From the human T2T-CHM13v2.0 reference genome, Homo sapiens, in NCBI RefSeq assembly GCF_009914755.1, contig NC_060925.1: a DNA stretch of 64,000 bases; one strand, written 5' to 3'. The notes beneath the pieces are model-generated. The model worked only from the letters and a program-made list of their open reading frames with translations, was not told where the DNA came from and made no database searches. The position numbers and the translations under genes are program-made. Within the stretch, counting starts at the first letter, position 1, and every line of letters begins with the position of its first letter. Positions 61,230 to 64,000 of the stretch are shown here, piece after piece.

Positions 61230-61718
61230 AATAAATCTGCTCTTTGTATAAAATCCGAACTCCTAAAAGGCACAGCACAAGCCAACCCCAGCCCACCACT
61301 CTCTACGACTCTCCCTAGATGGCTGTCCCAGGGTGGCACCGCCCTTCTTTCTGCCCCGAAATACAGTAAGTCCTTTCCAACCTCTACACCTTTGCAGGTC
61401 CTGTTCTCCCACACCTGGAAATGCCTCTCCATGTGGCCAGCTCCTCCTCATCAATCAGGTCCCCCTTCCAATATCACCACTTCAGAGAGACTCTCCGACC
61501 ATCCTGTCTAAAGTAAAGGGCAACTTGGCCCCTTCAAATGGCGTTTGTCACCAGTTATAATTGTTGATTTGTTTCCTTCTTTATAATCTGCCTCCTCCAC
61601 TGTGGATAGGTGCCACGAGCACAGGGACTGCGTTTATCTGTTTATCTTCTTCTCTGCTGTCTTCCCTGCACCAAGAACAATGCCAGGCACACAGTAGGTG
61701 CTCAGTAAATATTTTAAC
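61230..61718 (+). mobile_element. L2 3' fragment
   Basis: cacctggaaatgcctctcc..tcaccacttcagagagactctcc..tgccaggcacacagtaggtgctcagtaaatatt. Confidence 0.75.
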
Positions 61719-62364
61719 TTCTGGACAAGCTCTCCATACTTAATCCTCCCAATCCACCCTTCGAGGTTGTTTTTGTCCTCCTTTTATAGAAGGAGGAATG
61801 GTGGCTCAGAGAGAGGTTAGGAACTGGGCAAGCCAAGACTGATGGTAACAAGGATGTGGAGGGAACTTGGACTCTGCTGGTGTGGATGCACAATAGTTGA
61901 GCCATGTTGCAAAACGTGTGCATATATTTACCATATGACACAGCAATTTCATTCCTAGGCATTCACTCAAGATAAATGAAAACACATGTCCACACAAAAG
62001 ACTCATGTGTGACTGGTGAAGCAGCTTTATTTGTAATAGCCAAAAACTGGAAGCAACCCAAATGTCTATCAACTGGTGAGTGGACAACATGTGATACCTC
62101 TTACCTCTTTACAATGGAATACTATTTAGCAACGAAAAGGAATGAACTACTGATACAAGAAACAACATGGATGAATCTCAAAATGACTATGCGTGAAAGA
62201 AGCCAGACATGAAAGACATAGACCATACAATTCCATTTATGTGAAATTCTAGGAAGGGCAAAACTATAGTGACAGAAATGGTGGAGAGGATTCACCGCAA
62301 AGGTGCAGGAGGGGCAGGAGGGGGTTCCATGAGCTGATGAACATGTTCTATATGATTGCAAGAT

Positions 62365-63590
62365 TGTGATATGATAAGAAATATATATTTAGTTCTCCTC
62401 CCAATTCCTGGTGTAAAAGTTTTTTAAAACCCTTGGAATTTCCTAGGTTACAGGAGGGGGGTAGGCAGCCTCTTATTATTATATTATTCATAACGAGTCC
62501 CTTTCAACCACACCTGAGTTTATTCTAATGAGGTGGCTCTTTCAGGATACCGCTGGATGCCAAGAAGACCAATCCTGTGATTAGAAGGGTGGAATTTTCA
62601 ACCCCACCCCATGACCGCTGGAGAGAGGAGAGGTGCTGGAGGTTGAATTGATCACCAATGGCCAATGACCTAATCAATCATGCTTACATAATGGAGCTTC
62701 TGTAAAAACCCTAAACAACTAATTTCAGGTAGCTTCCCGGTCTGTGAAAGTATCCACATGCCACAAGAGTGGCACACCCCAAATTCCACAGGGACAGGAG
62801 TTCCAGAACTTGAGACTCTTCCAGACCTTACCCTATGAACCCGTCCATCCGGCGGTTTATTTGTGTCCTTTATAATATCCTTTATAATAAGCCAGTAAAG
62901 TCTAGGCAGGGTGGCTCACGCCTGTAATTCCAGCACTTTGGGAGACCAAGGTGGGCAGATCACTTGAGGTCAGGAGTTTGAGATCAGCCTGATCAATATG
63001 GTGAAACCCCGTCTCTACTAAAAAGACAAAAATTAGCCAAACATGGTGGCACATGCTTGTAATTCCAGCTACTCGGGAGGCCAAGGCGGGAGGATGGCTT
63101 GGGCCCAGGAGGTTGCAGTGAACTGAGATCACACCACTGCCCTCCAGCCTGGGCGACAGAGTGGGACTCCATCTCAAAAATGAAGAAGAAGAAGAAGGAG
63201 AAGGAGAAGGAGAAAAGGAGAAGGAGCCAGTAAACTATTGTCCTGAGTTCCGTGAGCCCTTATTGCAAATTATTGAAACTGAGAAAGGGGTGTGGGAACC
63301 TCTGATGTGTAGCCGTCAGACAGAAGTGTGGGTTACCCAGGGACCCACTGCTTGCGATCAGCATCTGAAGTGGGGCGCAGTCTTGTGGGACCGAGTCTTT
63401 AACCTGTGTGGTCTGTGCTAACCTCAAGTAGTTAGTATCAGAATTGAATTAAATTGTAGGACACCCAGTTGGTGTCCACAGAGAATTGGAGAATTGCCTG
63501 GCGTGGGGGGTGGCGGAACACACATTTGGTGCCAGAAGTGTTGAGTGTAAAACAGATCCTAGAAATAGTAGACAAAGTTTTCCTTTCATC
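62365..63590 (+). mobile_element. MER21-family solo LTR interrupted by an Alu
   Basis: tgtgatatgataagaaatatata..ctttcaaccacacctgagttta..caatggccaatga..gtatcagaattgaattaaattgtaggacacccagttggtgtc. Confidence 0.82.
62900..63225 (+). mobile_element. Alu with a (GAA)n/(GGAGAA)n tail
   Basis: Dimeric Alu; TSD AGCCAGTAAA. Confidence 0.93.
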
Positions 63591-64000
63591 ATGACTGTAA
63601 TCGGTTGTGGTAATGAGACTGTATACATTTGTCAAAACTCATCAAATTGTATACGTGAAATTGGCAAATTGTCTTGTCTATAAATTACACCTCAATAAAA
63701 TGACCAAAAAGGGGAGGGAAGGAGTCCTGAGTTTCAGTTCTAGCTCTGGCATTCTTCCCCTTGAGCAAGCCACTCCCCTCAGCAAAGTTGTGGAGTCAAC
63801 CTGGGCGCTGAGTCTGGGCCTCCTTGACACTTGGCTCTCGCCAACCTGGTGAGTAAAGCCCATCCAGGAGCATTTGCAACCCAGCCAAACCCATCATTCA
63901 GGCTACTCCTGGTACCCCCTCCAGCAACCCCTCAGCAGGCCTGGAGTTGAATGGGGGCCTAGGGGTCCCACTGTCCTGCTCTCTATCCCTTGGGCCTAAA

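Larger units (their letters stand above)
61845..63710 (+). mobile_element. L1ME-like 3' end (61845-62364 and ~63590-63710) interrupted by a MER21 LTR
   Basis: gcagctttatttgtaatagccaaaaactggaagcaacccaaatgtc; ending acatttgtcaaaactcatcaaattgtatac..ctcaataaa. Confidence 0.85.

Noticed and set aside
63161-63421. Glu-rich ORF ([12 protein letters not shown])
   Set aside because: Alu (GAA)n tail plus MER21 LTR sequence.

Overview
Primate (most likely human or great ape) genomic DNA, intergenic or deep intronic. I find no credible protein-coding exon, RNA gene, CpG island or CRISPR array, and I could not assign the locus. The window is dominated by transposable elements: about 18 Alus (J, S, Y and FLAM, most with target-site duplications), two long internally deleted old L1s, 3' L1 fragments, a near-complete HAL1, many L2 and roughly 40 MIR fragments, several solo LTRs (MER34-, MER39-, MER21-like, MSTA, MLT1, LTR16, LTR33) and hAT MITEs, often nested. 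The most notable signals are in the non-repeat parts. (1) A ~99-bp, ~86%-identical inverted duplication of homeobox-motif-rich sequence (26274-26371 / 27345-27443); one arm is inserted into an L2 and the other carries a perfect minus-strand splice donor. (2) Four near-perfect RFX X-boxes, each in a separate unique-sequence island. (3) A strong CTCF motif at 42633-42651. (4) Several local template-switch or duplication scars. All repeat family names come from recalled consensus sequences, not a database search, and boundaries without a TSD are approximate.
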